From positions 1,041 to 65,040 of the forward strand of contig JAILIG010000117.1 of NCBI GenBank assembly GCA_024695445.1: a stretch of 64,000 nt of DNA, written 5' to 3'. The position numbers and the translations under genes were made by a program. The DNA comes from Oscillospiraceae bacterium (GTDB taxonomy: Bacteria > Bacillota > Clostridia > Oscillospirales > Ruminococcaceae). Below the pieces are notes generated by a model that made no database searches, was not told where the DNA came from, and was given only the letters and a program-made list of their open reading frames with translations. Positions 14,124-23,839 of the stretch are shown piece after piece (the first letter of the stretch is position 1; every line of letters begins with the position of its first letter).

Positions 14124-16354
14124 GCTGTCTCCTCCTCATTCTGCGAGCAGCTCTCCGCGGGAACAAAATCAATATGCCCGCTGCCGATGGAAACGCGGAC
14201 ACAGCGCACCCGCATCTGCTGTCCGAGTGTGAACCGTCTGCCCGTACGCGTACCTGTCATGGTAAAGAAGCCGTCATAAACATATTCATCCGGCTCCAGC
14301 ACATCAAGCGAAACAAGTCCCTCCGCCGTGTTCTGCAGCATGACATAGATGCCGAAATCGGTCAGACCGGAAATCATGCCGTCAAACTCCTCACCGATAT
14401 GTGAAGACATAAATTCCGCACGGTACCGGTCATCGCAGTCGCGTTCGAGCTGCATGGCCCGCTGCTCGGTCATGGAGCCGGCCGCAGCAGCTTCATGTGC
14501 AAAAGCCATCGCCTTATCCGGTTTTTCACCCGAAAGGAACGCCGTCAGCAGCCGGTGAATCGCCAGATCGGGATAGCGGCGGATCGGCGAGGTAAAATGC
14601 GTATAGTCATCCAGCGCCAGCCCGAAATGACCGATCGGTTCGGTTTCATAGTCCGCCTTTGCCATGCTGCGCAGCACAAGCTGATGCACAACGGATTTCA
14701 GCGGATGCTCCGCGACATTTTCAAGTATTTTAGCATAATCGCAGGCACGGGGCTTTTCCATTGCCGGATGCGGAATCTCCAGGCGGTCCAGCGCATCAGC
14801 CAGCCGCGCAGATTTCTCCTCCGGCGGAAGCGCGTGAACACGGTACACAAACGGCAGATTGTTCTGCTTTGCAAGCCTTGCGGCCGCTTCATTTGCAAGG
14901 AGCATACATTCCTCAATCAGCTCTTCTCCTTCTGCACGGGTACGCGGCTGCATCCCGATGCAGACACCGTTTTCGTCCATGATAAAGGCGCTTTCCTCCG
15001 CCTCCAGCGAAGGCGCTCCTCTGCGCTTTCTGGCAGCCAGACGCTTTTCCCGCAGCTCGTTGAGAAGGAGCAGCGACGGCATCACACAGTTATATTTCTG
15101 TCGGATTTCATCATCTGCCGTTCCGTGCAGCAGCGCATTGACTTCCCGGTATACGCCTTTTACACGGGAACGAATCACAGTTTTCCTGAATTCCCAGCTT
15201 TTGAGCTCCCCCTCCGTGTCAAGAGTCAGCAGCGCCGAAAACGCCAGTCTGTCTACATCGGGGTGCAGCGAGCAGATGCCGTTGCTGAGAGCCTTCGGCA
15301 GCATCGGAATCACCTGATCCGCGTAGTAAATGCTGGTTCCGCGGCTGATTGCCTCCTTGTCCAGCGCGGAATCCGGCTGGACATAGTGCGAAACATCGGC
15401 AATGTGAACACCGAGGCGGTATCCGGTTTCCGTCTTCGCAACAGAAATCGCATCGTCCAGATCCTTGGCATCGTAGCCATCAATAGTGAAAATGACATCT
15501 TCGCTTTTCCGCAGGTCCAGTCTGCCGTTGAGGTCAGAGTCCGAGATGCCCGCCTGTTCCAGCCGTTCGGCCTCCGCGAGCACATCTGCCGGGAATTCAT
15601 AAGGAACACCACTGACAGTCACCAAAGCCTGTGCACAGGCTCTTGCGCTGTCTGCACTTCCGAGTGAAGCCGTGACACGAACCGTGTGTTCCGAATGCCT
15701 GGTTCCGCGCTCTGCAATCGACGCAATGGCCTTGTCGCCCTCATGCTCCCGCCATTCATCCTCATTGATAATCCGGAGGGGCCGGCTGCTGAGCTGATCG
15801 GAGAGGAACATCAGGCGGCCGTCCTCCTCGACCAGTGTACCCGCGACCTGCACCTCGGCTTCGTGTATCACGGAAACAACCATGCCCTCCGGAGAATCAC
15901 CGCGAGTGCCGGTCGGAATGATGAGTACCAGATCACCGGGCATAGCGCCCTTCAGATCTCTGCCCGGAATGAAATATTCAGCAGCAGTGTCCTCTGTCTT
16001 GGCGAATCCGTAAGTCCGGGAAACTCTTGTAATCATGGCGCGGAGCATCCCCGCAGAAGCGGCCCAGACAAATCCCGTCCGCCGTTCCGCTGCGTCACCG
16101 GACTGACAGACCTGCTGCAAGGCGCGCTGAAACTCAATTTTTCCGCGTCCTCTGCATTTGGATACCAGATCCGCCCGTGAAACCGGACGCCCGTTTGCTT
16201 TTTTCAAAAACACAGAGATCACATTGACAAAATGCTGCACCTGTTCCTCATTCACCGGAACATTCGGAAGCTCGGTGCGTTCCGCCGCGGAATGTCTTCC
16301 GCGTTTTACGGTACCGTGCGGCTGCTTTTTGTGAAGTTTCATTCTTTTTGCCAT
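14120..16354 (-). CDS. rnr: Ribonuclease R
   Basis: 744 aa. Cold-shock/OB N-terminus, RNB catalytic domain (IDGYDAKDLDDAISV, SPIRRYPDL) and a C-terminal S1 domain. Confidence 0.93.
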   Translation of the reverse strand: MAKRMKLHKKQPHGTVKRGRHSAAERTELPNVPVNEEQVQHFVNVISVFLKKANGRPVSRADLVSKCRGRGKIEFQRALQQVCQSGDAAERRTGFVWAASAGMLRAMITRVSRTYGFAKTEDTAAEYFIPGRDLKGAMPGDLVLIIPTGTRGDSPEGMVVSVIHEAEVQVAGTLVEEDGRLMFLSDQLSSRPLRIINEDEWREHEGDKAIASIAERGTRHSEHTVRVTASLGSADSARACAQALVTVSGVPYEFPADVLAEAERLEQAGISDSDLNGRLDLRKSEDVIFTIDGYDAKDLDDAISVAKTETGYRLGVHIADVSHYVQPDSALDKEAISRGTSIYYADQVIPMLPKALSNGICSLHPDVDRLAFSALLTLDTEGELKSWEFRKTVIRSRVKGVYREVNALLHGTADDEIRQKYNCVMPSLLLLNELREKRLAARKRRGAPSLEAEESAFIMDENGVCIGMQPRTRAEGEELIEECMLLANEAAARLAKQNNLPFVYRVHALPPEEKSARLADALDRLEIPHPAMEKPRACDYAKILENVAEHPLKSVVHQLVLRSMAKADYETEPIGHFGLALDDYTHFTSPIRRYPDLAIHRLLTAFLSGEKPDKAMAFAHEAAAAGSMTEQRAMQLERDCDDRYRAEFMSSHIGEEFDGMISGLTDFGIYVMLQNTAEGLVSLDVLEPDEYVYDGFFTMTGTRTGRRFTLGQQMRVRCVRVSIGSGHIDFVPAESCSQNEEETA

Positions 16355-16435
16355 GAAAATCCCTCCCGGTATAAAATAGGCCCTGCCCGCCGCTTTGACG
16401 GCGAACAGGGCGCAGCGTATGCCAAACTCTGTAGA

Positions 16436-16696
16436 TCAGCCTCCGATATGAACCGGAACAATCGTCACAACCAGCGTCGCAACAAAGAAGATGATTGCGA
16501 GCCAGAGCGTCCATTTCTTGAGAATCGCCTCTTTCGTGTTTCCGTCATGCTTGCTGAAATGAGAGTCAAAAGAGCCGCCCGTAATTGCGGAATTCATATT
16601 CTGATCCTGCTTCTGATCCTGCATCAGGCAGAAAATAATCATCAGCACACAGGTAACAAGCAGAAGAATTCCGCCGACAAGTTCAATAATTTTCAT
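16436..16696 (-). CDS. secG: Preprotein translocase subunit SecG
   Basis: About 86 aa with two TM helices separated by a Q/N/G-rich loop. Sits directly upstream of rnr as in other Firmicutes. ATG at 16696; the track starts at a TTG at 16702. Confidence 0.8.
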   Translation of the reverse strand: MKIIELVGGILLLVTCVLMIIFCLMQDQKQDQNMNSAITGGSFDSHFSKHDGNTKEAILKKWTLWLAIIFFVATLVVTIVPVHIGG

Positions 16697-16945
16697 GATC
16701 AATCCAATCCTTTCTGAATTCCTTCGAATAACCTCCGAAGCATACTGTTCGAGAGTATTATATCATATAATCCGAAAAAAAGCAAGTGTTTTTCAGAAAA
16801 AAACGGAACTGTGCAGAAAAATCGCCGGATTCTACGCAAAATCGGTGAAGAATACATGAAAAAAGCGTTCTGCCCCTTGTAAAATCCGCCGGTTTATGAT
16901 ACAATAAGAAACAAGAAAACCAAATTCTGATGACGGAGGTTGCTT

Positions 16946-17824
16946 ATGCTCGAATATCAAGGCTGCAAGTGTCATTTCTGCGAAAAGCCTTTTGAAGAAA
17001 GCGATGATATTGTCGTCTGCCCTGAATGCGGCACACCGTATCACCGCAGCTGCTATCTCGAGGCCGGACACTGCACGAACACGGAACTGCACGAAAGCGG
17101 CGAAAGCTGGCAGATGCAGCGGAAAAAAGAGCTTCACGCCGCCAGAGCGGAGGAAAAGCGCGCAGAAATTGAAGAACTGGAAGCAGCGCGTGAACGCGGA
17201 GAACTGCCGAAAATGTTCAACGCAACGCTCTATGACGGTGTGCGTCTGAACCCGAACGATCCGACCGTCGGACTGGATCCCGACGAGGAGTACGACGGCA
17301 TCAAGCTGGGCGAAATCGCGGAGTTCGTTGCGGTCAACCGCTTCTACTACCTGCCGCTCTTCCGTCTGATGAAGCAGACCGGACGGAAAATCTCATTTAA
17401 TTTTATCAGCCTGCTGTTCCCGCAGTTCTATTTTGCAAACAGAAAAATGTGGCTCGGTATGATCTTCTCGGTGATTCTCAAAACATTGATCGGCCTGCCG
17501 AATGCGATCGTTTTAATTACGGAACGCATGGGCAGCCGCATCGCATGGCTGGACACCGAATCAGCCGGATTCATGAATCTGCTGCGGATTTCGGCTGTCG
17601 CAGATCTGGCGGTCTCTGTTTTGTTTTTCCTGTTTGCAAATTATCTGTACTATCGCCACGCCGTGCGAAAGATCTCAAAGCTGCGTGCCCATTCTGCAAC
17701 AGAAGCGGAATATCTCCACGGTCTGAAGACCGAGGGCGGCAGCAATATGTGGAATGTCGCGCTGGCAATGCTGATTCAGACGGCACTGGCCGGCACAATC
17801 TACTCTGTCCTGATGGCATTCTGA
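16946..17824 (+). CDS. Membrane protein with N-terminal RING/zinc-ribbon (DUF2628-like TM region)
   Basis: CKCHFCEKPF..VVCPECGTPYHRSCY..GHC metal-binding cluster, a charged coiled region, then about 4 TM helices. GGAGG lies 6 nt before ATG 16946. Confidence 0.6.
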   Translation: MLEYQGCKCHFCEKPFEESDDIVVCPECGTPYHRSCYLEAGHCTNTELHESGESWQMQRKKELHAARAEEKRAEIEELEAARERGELPKMFNATLYDGVRLNPNDPTVGLDPDEEYDGIKLGEIAEFVAVNRFYYLPLFRLMKQTGRKISFNFISLLFPQFYFANRKMWLGMIFSVILKTLIGLPNAIVLITERMGSRIAWLDTESAGFMNLLRISAVADLAVSVLFFLFANYLYYRHAVRKISKLRAHSATEAEYLHGLKTEGGSNMWNVALAMLIQTALAGTIYSVLMAF

Positions 17825-17849
17825 GCCATTTTCAACCTCTCAAAACCGG

Positions 17850-17890
17850 CGCCCTGCGGCTTTACTCATTGCCGCAGGGCGTTTCCTGTT
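17850..17890. terminator. Terminator between convergent genes
   Basis: 11-bp stem CGCCCTGCGGC/GCCGCAGGGCG with a 10-nt loop, then TTTCCTGTTT. Confidence 0.65.
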
Positions 17891-19300
17891 TCAGTTGTTC
17901 TCAGACTGATTGAATGCCTTGAATGCCTCATAGGCCATGAACACATCAATCTTGCTGACGACCTCAAGCGGTGCGTGCATGGAAAGAACCGGCACACCGA
18001 CATCCACAGTGTCAATGTTCAGGTTGGCAAGATAAACTGCGACTGTTCCGCCGCCGCCGGCATCAACCTTGCCGAGCTCTCCGGTCTGCCAGATCACGCC
18101 CGCGCTGTCAAACACACGGCGCATTTTGCCGATAAATTCCGCCGAAGCATCCGACGAACCGCTTTTACCGCGGGAACCGGTATACTTCATCATGCAGACG
18201 CCGTAGTTCAGATATGCGCAGTTTGTACGGTCGTTCACATCAGAGAATGTCGGATCATACGCAGCAGTCACATCCGCAGAAAGGCACTGCGACTTTGCAA
18301 ACACCGTATGAGCCTGTGTCCCGAAAGCCTCTGCGAGATCCTTCATAAAGTCGTGGAAATAAGCCGAGCAAAGACCGGTATTTCCGTCGCTTCCGATTTC
18401 CTCCTTGTCGGTCAGGATGAGTACAGCGGTATGCACCGGATTCTCCGTATCCAGCAGAGCTGCCAGCGCCGGATAAGAGCAGACACGATCATCGTGGCCG
18501 TACGCGCCGATCATACTGCGGTCAAATCCGAGGTCTCGCGCCTTTCCTGCGGGAACGATTTCCAGCTCTGCCGAACGGAAATCCGCCTCAGTGATGCCGT
18601 ATTTCTCATTCAGAAGCTGCATGATGCGAAGCTTAACCAGATCGCCGCCCTCCTCAGAGCGTACCGGTCTGGAACCGATCAGCAGATTGAGTTCTTCGCC
18701 CTTGATGCCCTGTCCGAGCGGACGCTTCGCCTGTTCCTGTGCCAGATGCGGCAGCAGATCCGTCACACAGAAGATCGGATCATCTGCATCCTCACCGACG
18801 GTTATCTGTACAGAAGTACCGTCAGCGCGCACGACAACGCCGTGCAGTGCCATCGGAATCACGGTCCACTGATATTTTTTGATGCCGCCGTAATAATGTG
18901 TCTTAAAGAGCGCAAGCTCCTGATCCTCATATAGCGGGCGCTGCTTCAGATCCAGACGCGGGGAATCAATATGTGATGCCGTCAGATGAATACCGGATTC
19001 CAGCGGTTCTCTGCCGATCACAGCAGCGACGATCGCTTTGCCGCGGTTGCACATATAGATCTTGTCGCCGGATTTCACCGCATCGCCGCGTTTCCACAGA
19101 CGAAAGCCTTTTTCTTCCAGCAGCTTTGCCGCATATGCCGCTGCCTCACGCTCCGTCTTGCCGTTGTCTAAAAAGGTCTTGTACCCTTCGCAAAACGCAT
19201 CCGCAGCCTCGATTTTTTTGTCATCAAGCAGCTGTGCAGCGTGCTTCGGCTGGCAGAGAAGCTGCTCCTTCAGTGCCTTGATGTCCTTTTTTTCCTCCAT
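17891..19300 (-). CDS. M18-family aminopeptidase (aminopeptidase 1 / aspartyl aminopeptidase-like)
   Basis: 469 aa from ATG 19300 (MEEKKDIK), which has AGGAGG 7 nt upstream. Motifs ASHIDSP, GAYGHDDRVCSY, DKEEIGS, MHAPLE are typical of M18/M42-type metallopeptidases. Confidence 0.85.
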   Translation of the reverse strand: MEEKKDIKALKEQLLCQPKHAAQLLDDKKIEAADAFCEGYKTFLDNGKTEREAAAYAAKLLEEKGFRLWKRGDAVKSGDKIYMCNRGKAIVAAVIGREPLESGIHLTASHIDSPRLDLKQRPLYEDQELALFKTHYYGGIKKYQWTVIPMALHGVVVRADGTSVQITVGEDADDPIFCVTDLLPHLAQEQAKRPLGQGIKGEELNLLIGSRPVRSEEGGDLVKLRIMQLLNEKYGITEADFRSAELEIVPAGKARDLGFDRSMIGAYGHDDRVCSYPALAALLDTENPVHTAVLILTDKEEIGSDGNTGLCSAYFHDFMKDLAEAFGTQAHTVFAKSQCLSADVTAAYDPTFSDVNDRTNCAYLNYGVCMMKYTGSRGKSGSSDASAEFIGKMRRVFDSAGVIWQTGELGKVDAGGGGTVAVYLANLNIDTVDVGVPVLSMHAPLEVVSKIDVFMAYEAFKAFNQSENN

Positions 19301-19954
19301 AAAAATGACCTCCTGTTTTTGTGTATTTGAATTAACGATAAATTGTGCCGCTGTCCGACGCAGATATTCCGCCGCATCCGAGACAGCGCGGTTTAACATG
19401 ACTTCGTCGCCGTTATTTTCGATCACATAATCGGAATGTGCACGGTAGAAATCCTCAGAATGCTGTGCCTGCATCCGGAGTCTGGCCTGTTCATCCGTCA
19501 GCGTATCCCGCAGAAGTATACGGGATAATCGCAGTTCCGGTGCCGCAACGACCGAGACAACCGTTTTGCAAAACCGGTTCAGCCCGCTTTCAAACAAGGT
19601 CGGCGCATCCAGAATCACGGCAGTGTGTCCCTCAGCCGCCAGCTTCCGGACGGATGCGCGGATCTGCTGCGTAATATACGGATAAATCACAGCTTCGTAC
19701 CTTGTCTTGACTGCCGAATCTCCGAAAATCATCTGTGCCACGGCTTTGCGGTTCATTGTGCCGTCCGGTGACAAAATTCCATTTCCGAATACGCGTGTCA
19801 GCGCTGTCAGGCAGGGGTGCCCTTTTTCCGTGACCGTATGCGCCGCACGGTCGGCATCCACCACAGCCAAGCCCTTTTTTTGCAGTTCTGCGGAAACTGT
19901 TGTCTTTCCGGCTCCCGTCTGTCCGGTCAGCCCGATTAAATACAGTCTGTTCAT
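19301..19954 (-). CDS. coaE: Dephospho-CoA kinase ORF lacking its own stop codon (continues in frame into the aminopeptidase ORF)
   Basis: MNRLYLIGLTGQTGAGKTTVS..VVDADRAAH..ILDAPTLFESG matches CoaE. It starts 1 nt after the tsaC stop. Track ORF 17891..20005 is continuous, with no stop before the M18 start. Confidence 0.8.
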
Positions 19955-19955
19955 C

Positions 19956-20990
19956 TCATCCCTTCTCACAGGCGTCCGTCTGCACGACATCATAGCCGGC
20001 AGCACGGATCAACCGGTTGTAGACCGCAAGCCCAACGCCGTCTGTCCGCGGAGCACGGACATAGATGTGTCCGGCACCCAGCGCATCCAGCTCGCGCAGG
20101 CGTGAGAAAAACGCCGCTGCACGCGCTTCGTCCGTATCCCCGTAAGGGACTGCACGGATGCCTCTTTCGCGGCAGGCCGGCAAATCCGCATCAAACACCA
20201 GCGCATAGACATCTTTTCCCTGTTTTGCCTGCAAGTAATCCAAAATATGCTCCCTGCTGCCGCAGAGAAGCGTCACGGCAGCCGCAGGTGCATAATGCTT
20301 ATACTTCATTCCCGGCGAACGCACCGTAGTTCCGGCGGTCACCTGAGAAAGCACCGCCTGATCGACAATCACACGGCGCGCAGCAGTCCGGAGCTGCTCC
20401 GGCGTCACAAAGCCCGGACGCAGCACGCGGACAGTCTCGGCATCATCCAGAATGATTACAGTAGATTCCACGCCGCAGACGCAGTTTCCGCCCTCAACGA
20501 TTGCCGGAATTCTGCCGTCCATATCGGACAGCATATGCGCAGCAGAGGTCGGGCTCGGACTGCCAGACCGGTTCCCGGAGGGTGCAGCCAGCGGCACACC
20601 GGCCTCCCGGATCATCTGCTGTGCCAGCGGATGCGCAGGAAACCGCACACCGACACTGTCCAGTCCGCCGGCGGTGATAGCAGGAATCCGTTCCGAGCGC
20701 GGAAGAATCATCGTCAGAGGGCCGGGCCAGAAGCGTTCGGCCAGCTTCCCCGCCAGCGGCGGAATCCCCTTCACAAGCGGTTCCCATTCGGACAGCGAGG
20801 CGATGTGGACAATCAGCGGGTTATCCGCCGGTCTGCCCTTTGCAGCAAAGACCTTCCGGACCGCTTCGGGATTTCCGGCATCACAGGCAAGGCCGTAAAC
20901 AGTTTCCGTCGGCATTCCGACCGGCTCCCCTGCCCGCAGAAGTGCAGCCGCTTCCGCGATCTGATCCGCTCGCAGCAAGCGTGTCTTCAT
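19956..20990 (-). CDS. tsaC: L-threonylcarbamoyladenylate synthase, long Sua5/YwlC type
   Basis: 344 aa. YrdC-domain motifs GMPTETVYGLACDA, KGRPADNPLIVHI, SGNRSG plus a SUA5 C-terminal domain. The start overlaps the prfA stop. Confidence 0.9.
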   Translation of the reverse strand: MKTRLLRADQIAEAAALLRAGEPVGMPTETVYGLACDAGNPEAVRKVFAAKGRPADNPLIVHIASLSEWEPLVKGIPPLAGKLAERFWPGPLTMILPRSERIPAITAGGLDSVGVRFPAHPLAQQMIREAGVPLAAPSGNRSGSPSPTSAAHMLSDMDGRIPAIVEGGNCVCGVESTVIILDDAETVRVLRPGFVTPEQLRTAARRVIVDQAVLSQVTAGTTVRSPGMKYKHYAPAAAVTLLCGSREHILDYLQAKQGKDVYALVFDADLPACRERGIRAVPYGDTDEARAAAFFSRLRELDALGAGHIYVRAPRTDGVGLAVYNRLIRAAGYDVVQTDACEKG

Positions 20991-22087
20991 AAGTTGTCAT
21001 CCCCTTTCTGTCCGGCAAGGCGCACTGCCTGTTCCGCCTGAAACAGCGCATCAAACACCGTGTCCAGCCCACCGTTCAGGATTTCCTCCAGCCGATAGCT
21101 GGTAAAACCGATTCGATGATCGGTCAGCCGGCTCTGCGGGAAATTATAGGTCCGGATTTTCTCCGAGCGGTCGCCCGAACCGACCTGTGTACGGCGCGAT
21201 GCTGCAACCTGCGCATCCTGTTCCGCCTGTGCCTTCGCCCAAAGCCTTGCGCGCAGTACAGACAGTGCCCTGTCCTTATTTTTATACTGACTACGTTCAT
21301 CCTGACATTCCACGACCATACCGGTCGGCAGATGCGTCACGCGGATGGCAGACGATGTTTTGTTAATATGCTGACCGCCGGCGCCGCTTGATCGGAACAC
21401 ATCAATCCGCAGGTCAGCCGGATTCAGCTCCAGTTCTACTTCTTCCACCTCCTGCAGAACGGCAACAGTCGCCGTAGAGGTATGAATCCGCCCCTGCGAC
21501 TCCGTTTCCGGCACGCGCTGCACCCGGTGTACGCCGCTTTCAAATTTCATTTTTGCATAGACTCTGTCCCCGGAAAGCGAGAAAATCACTTCCTTGGTAC
21601 CGCCGAGTTCCGTTTCACTGAGATTCAGAACAGTCTGCTTCCATCCCTGTTTTTCCGCGTACATGGAATACATCCGGTGGAGAGAATGCGCAAAAAGAGC
21701 AGCCTCCTCCCCGCCTGCACCGCTCCTGATTTCCACGATGACATTCCGGTTATCTGCCGCGTGTTCCGGCAGCATCAGCACCCCGATCTCTTCTTCCAGC
21801 TGCTCAGCCTGCCGGAGCGCCGTCTTACGCTCTGCCTGTGCAAAGGCACGGAACTCCGCATCCGTCTCCGGATCGTCCAGTACGGAGTCCAGTTCTTCGA
21901 TTGTCTGCATCAGCGCCCTGTGCTTCCGGTATGCTTCCATGACCGGTGTCAGCTGCTTATATTCCCGCATCAGTGCGGCCAGCTTTGAAGGATCCGCTGC
22001 CGCAGCGGGATCCTGAAGCCGCTCTGTTAATTCGTCATATCTCTGCTCCGCACGCCGGAGCTGCTCTGCTAGCTGCACGGTTTCCAT
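20987..22087 (-). CDS. prfA: Peptide chain release factor 1
   Basis: The track ORF extends to 22255, but ATG 22087 (METVQLAEQL) gives a normal RF1 length. Motifs: PET-type decoding region (RVQRVPETESQGRIHTS) and GGQHINKTSSA. Confidence 0.93.
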   Translation of the reverse strand: METVQLAEQLRRAEQRYDELTERLQDPAAAADPSKLAALMREYKQLTPVMEAYRKHRALMQTIEELDSVLDDPETDAEFRAFAQAERKTALRQAEQLEEEIGVLMLPEHAADNRNVIVEIRSGAGGEEAALFAHSLHRMYSMYAEKQGWKQTVLNLSETELGGTKEVIFSLSGDRVYAKMKFESGVHRVQRVPETESQGRIHTSTATVAVLQEVEEVELELNPADLRIDVFRSSGAGGQHINKTSSAIRVTHLPTGMVVECQDERSQYKNKDRALSVLRARLWAKAQAEQDAQVAASRRTQVGSGDRSEKIRTYNFPQSRLTDHRIGFTSYRLEEILNGGLDTVFDALFQAEQAVRLAGQKGDDNL

Positions 22088-22306
22088 CCTTTCCGCAGTT
22101 CTTTCTTTATATATTATACCCCTTCCGGCAAAAAATAGCAACCCCCTGCATCGATTTCGGAAAAGCAGACAGAAAAAGCCGCGGCACCGTACAGACGGAC
22201 TGCGTTGATCTGAGCCCGCTTTCAACAGAAACGCCATAGCATCTCTGACGGGCAATCAGAAGTGCTATGGCATCAAGCTATTCTGCCGTGACTGCCGCAA
22301 AAGCGG

Positions 22307-23353
22307 TCACTCCTCCTCCGATTCCGATTCGCAGCCTGCAAGCAAGCGCAGCATGGCAGACTGATCGGCTGCATCAAGGACACGGTCGCCGTTCAGATCG
22401 GCTTCTGCAAGGCCTTTCTCCGTTACAGGGGTCTCAGGATCTTCCGCAATACAGCGTGCCAGCAGCACAGCATCACAGATATTGATCCGCCCGTCCTGGT
22501 TCAGGTCACCGCTGCCGTAATGCACAAACAAATTCATCTGTAATCTGATGATTTCTTTCAGCTCCTCGTCGTTGTCAAACGGACTGTCTCCGACGAGCCA
22601 TGCAGAAGCGATCTCCGGCCGTTCTTCGAGCTGTCCGCAGAGAGCAGCCGCCTCCTCATAAGGGATTTTCTCGGCCGTAACCGCCCGGTAAATGCCTTCT
22701 GAATCCGGCTCTAAATTCCGGTACTGCGGTGTATTCAAAGCCTCATCGTCAATTTCACAGCCTTCTGCCGGCTCCAGATAGATTCCCACATCTCCATTGT
22801 AAATCGTTTTCCAGTCGTAATGCATATATGCAAGCCCCAGCAAACCAAAGCGTGTATCTTCCATGAGCTTGCCGATAAACCCTGCAAAATCATCCGTAAA
22901 GCAGCTCAGATCCATTACATACAGACCGTCAGTATCCAGCTCGTTGCCGTCCAAATCATACATTGTATCTGACAGCTTCGGTACCCATTCACGAAGCTTC
23001 TCCACATACCGGCTGTATGGCCAGATGATCACGCTGTCGTCCTCTGCACCGTTTTTTTTATTGATATTGATTGGATGAGAAGCAATCTCAGTCCCCTCCA
23101 GCGCATCGTAATCGGTACAGGTCACAGCCAGGACGCCAAACAATTCAACTGCATACTGGCTGACATATATCCTGCCTTCCTCCCCGATTTCAGCAGGACG
23201 AATCGGAGTATACTGCAGATTCTCAGCCCGCTTCACATAATCCGTAATGACCTTCGCAGCCTCATCCGCAGTAAAAGCCGCAGCCGTAAGAGATCCGGTC
23301 ATTGCGGCACAGCAGCAGACAGCCGTCACGGAAAGCAACAGTTTTCTGATCAT
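22307..23353 (-). CDS. Secreted dockerin-containing protein of unknown function
   Basis: 348 aa. Signal peptide MIRKLLLSVTAVCCCAAMTGSLTAAA. About 260 aa with no motif I recognise. C-terminal dockerin GDLNQDGRINICDAVLLARCI..ADLNGDRVLDAADQSAMLRLL. Confidence 0.7.
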   Translation of the reverse strand: MIRKLLLSVTAVCCCAAMTGSLTAAAFTADEAAKVITDYVKRAENLQYTPIRPAEIGEEGRIYVSQYAVELFGVLAVTCTDYDALEGTEIASHPININKKNGAEDDSVIIWPYSRYVEKLREWVPKLSDTMYDLDGNELDTDGLYVMDLSCFTDDFAGFIGKLMEDTRFGLLGLAYMHYDWKTIYNGDVGIYLEPAEGCEIDDEALNTPQYRNLEPDSEGIYRAVTAEKIPYEEAAALCGQLEERPEIASAWLVGDSPFDNDEELKEIIRLQMNLFVHYGSGDLNQDGRINICDAVLLARCIAEDPETPVTEKGLAEADLNGDRVLDAADQSAMLRLLAGCESESEEE

Positions 23354-23378
23354 TCTTTTCCCCGCCCATCATTATCAA

Positions 23379-23831
23379 TCATGATTTTGTATCCTCTTCA
23401 GAAAAAGGCAAGCACGGTTCATCGTCATCCGCAAGAATCTGAACGGACAGCAGATCGTCAATCGGAACGGATTCCCCGCCTTCAAACCGAAGCATTCCGC
23501 AGTCCGTATCCAGCATCCGTAGCCTTCCGAACATGGACATATATGTTCCGCCGGATTTCTTTTCATCCGGCACAAAATAGATCACAGACAGCACCGGCAT
23601 CGGCAAAGCATCGTCCGCAAGCCGCTGCATGACATCATTCAGTGCCTGCTGTTCATCTTCTGTCAGTTCATGCCGGCAGGCTGTCAGCCGTGCTGTCTCA
23701 TCAATCGCATCCTCATAACCCGTCAGCGCCGCAAAAGACGAAAACTGCGCCGCCCGGCTCATCATGCTCATCGGCTTATGCCGTGCATCCTGATAATGCG
23801 GATGAAGCAGGATATCATCATACCGGTCCAT
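23379..23831 (-). CDS. YolD-like protein (accessory to Y-family polymerases)
   Basis: ORF 23379..23843 (GTG). ATG 23831 has GAGG upstream. SRAAQFSSFAALTGYEDAI matches the YolD-like core motif. It lies immediately downstream of the polymerase gene. Confidence 0.7.
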   Translation of the reverse strand: MDRYDDILLHPHYQDARHKPMSMMSRAAQFSSFAALTGYEDAIDETARLTACRHELTEDEQQALNDVMQRLADDALPMPVLSVIYFVPDEKKSGGTYMSMFGRLRMLDTDCGMLRFEGGESVPIDDLLSVQILADDDEPCLPFSEEDTKS

Positions 23832-23839
23832 TCCGTACC

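Noticed and set aside
14495-15667. 390-aa plus-strand ORF inside rnr. Similar cases are 11726..12655, 13104..13829, 17975..18934, 20247..21041, 40778..41611, 43988..44719 and 60189..60896.
   Set aside because: All lie antisense to genes with strong family motifs and have Arg/Leu/Ser-rich, motif-free translations.
22088-22255. 56-codon N-terminal extension of the prfA ORF
   Set aside because: The extension covers the predicted promoter (TTGCTA-17-TATAAT) and has no SD. ATG 22087 gives canonical RF1 length and an N-terminus with GGAAAGG upstream.
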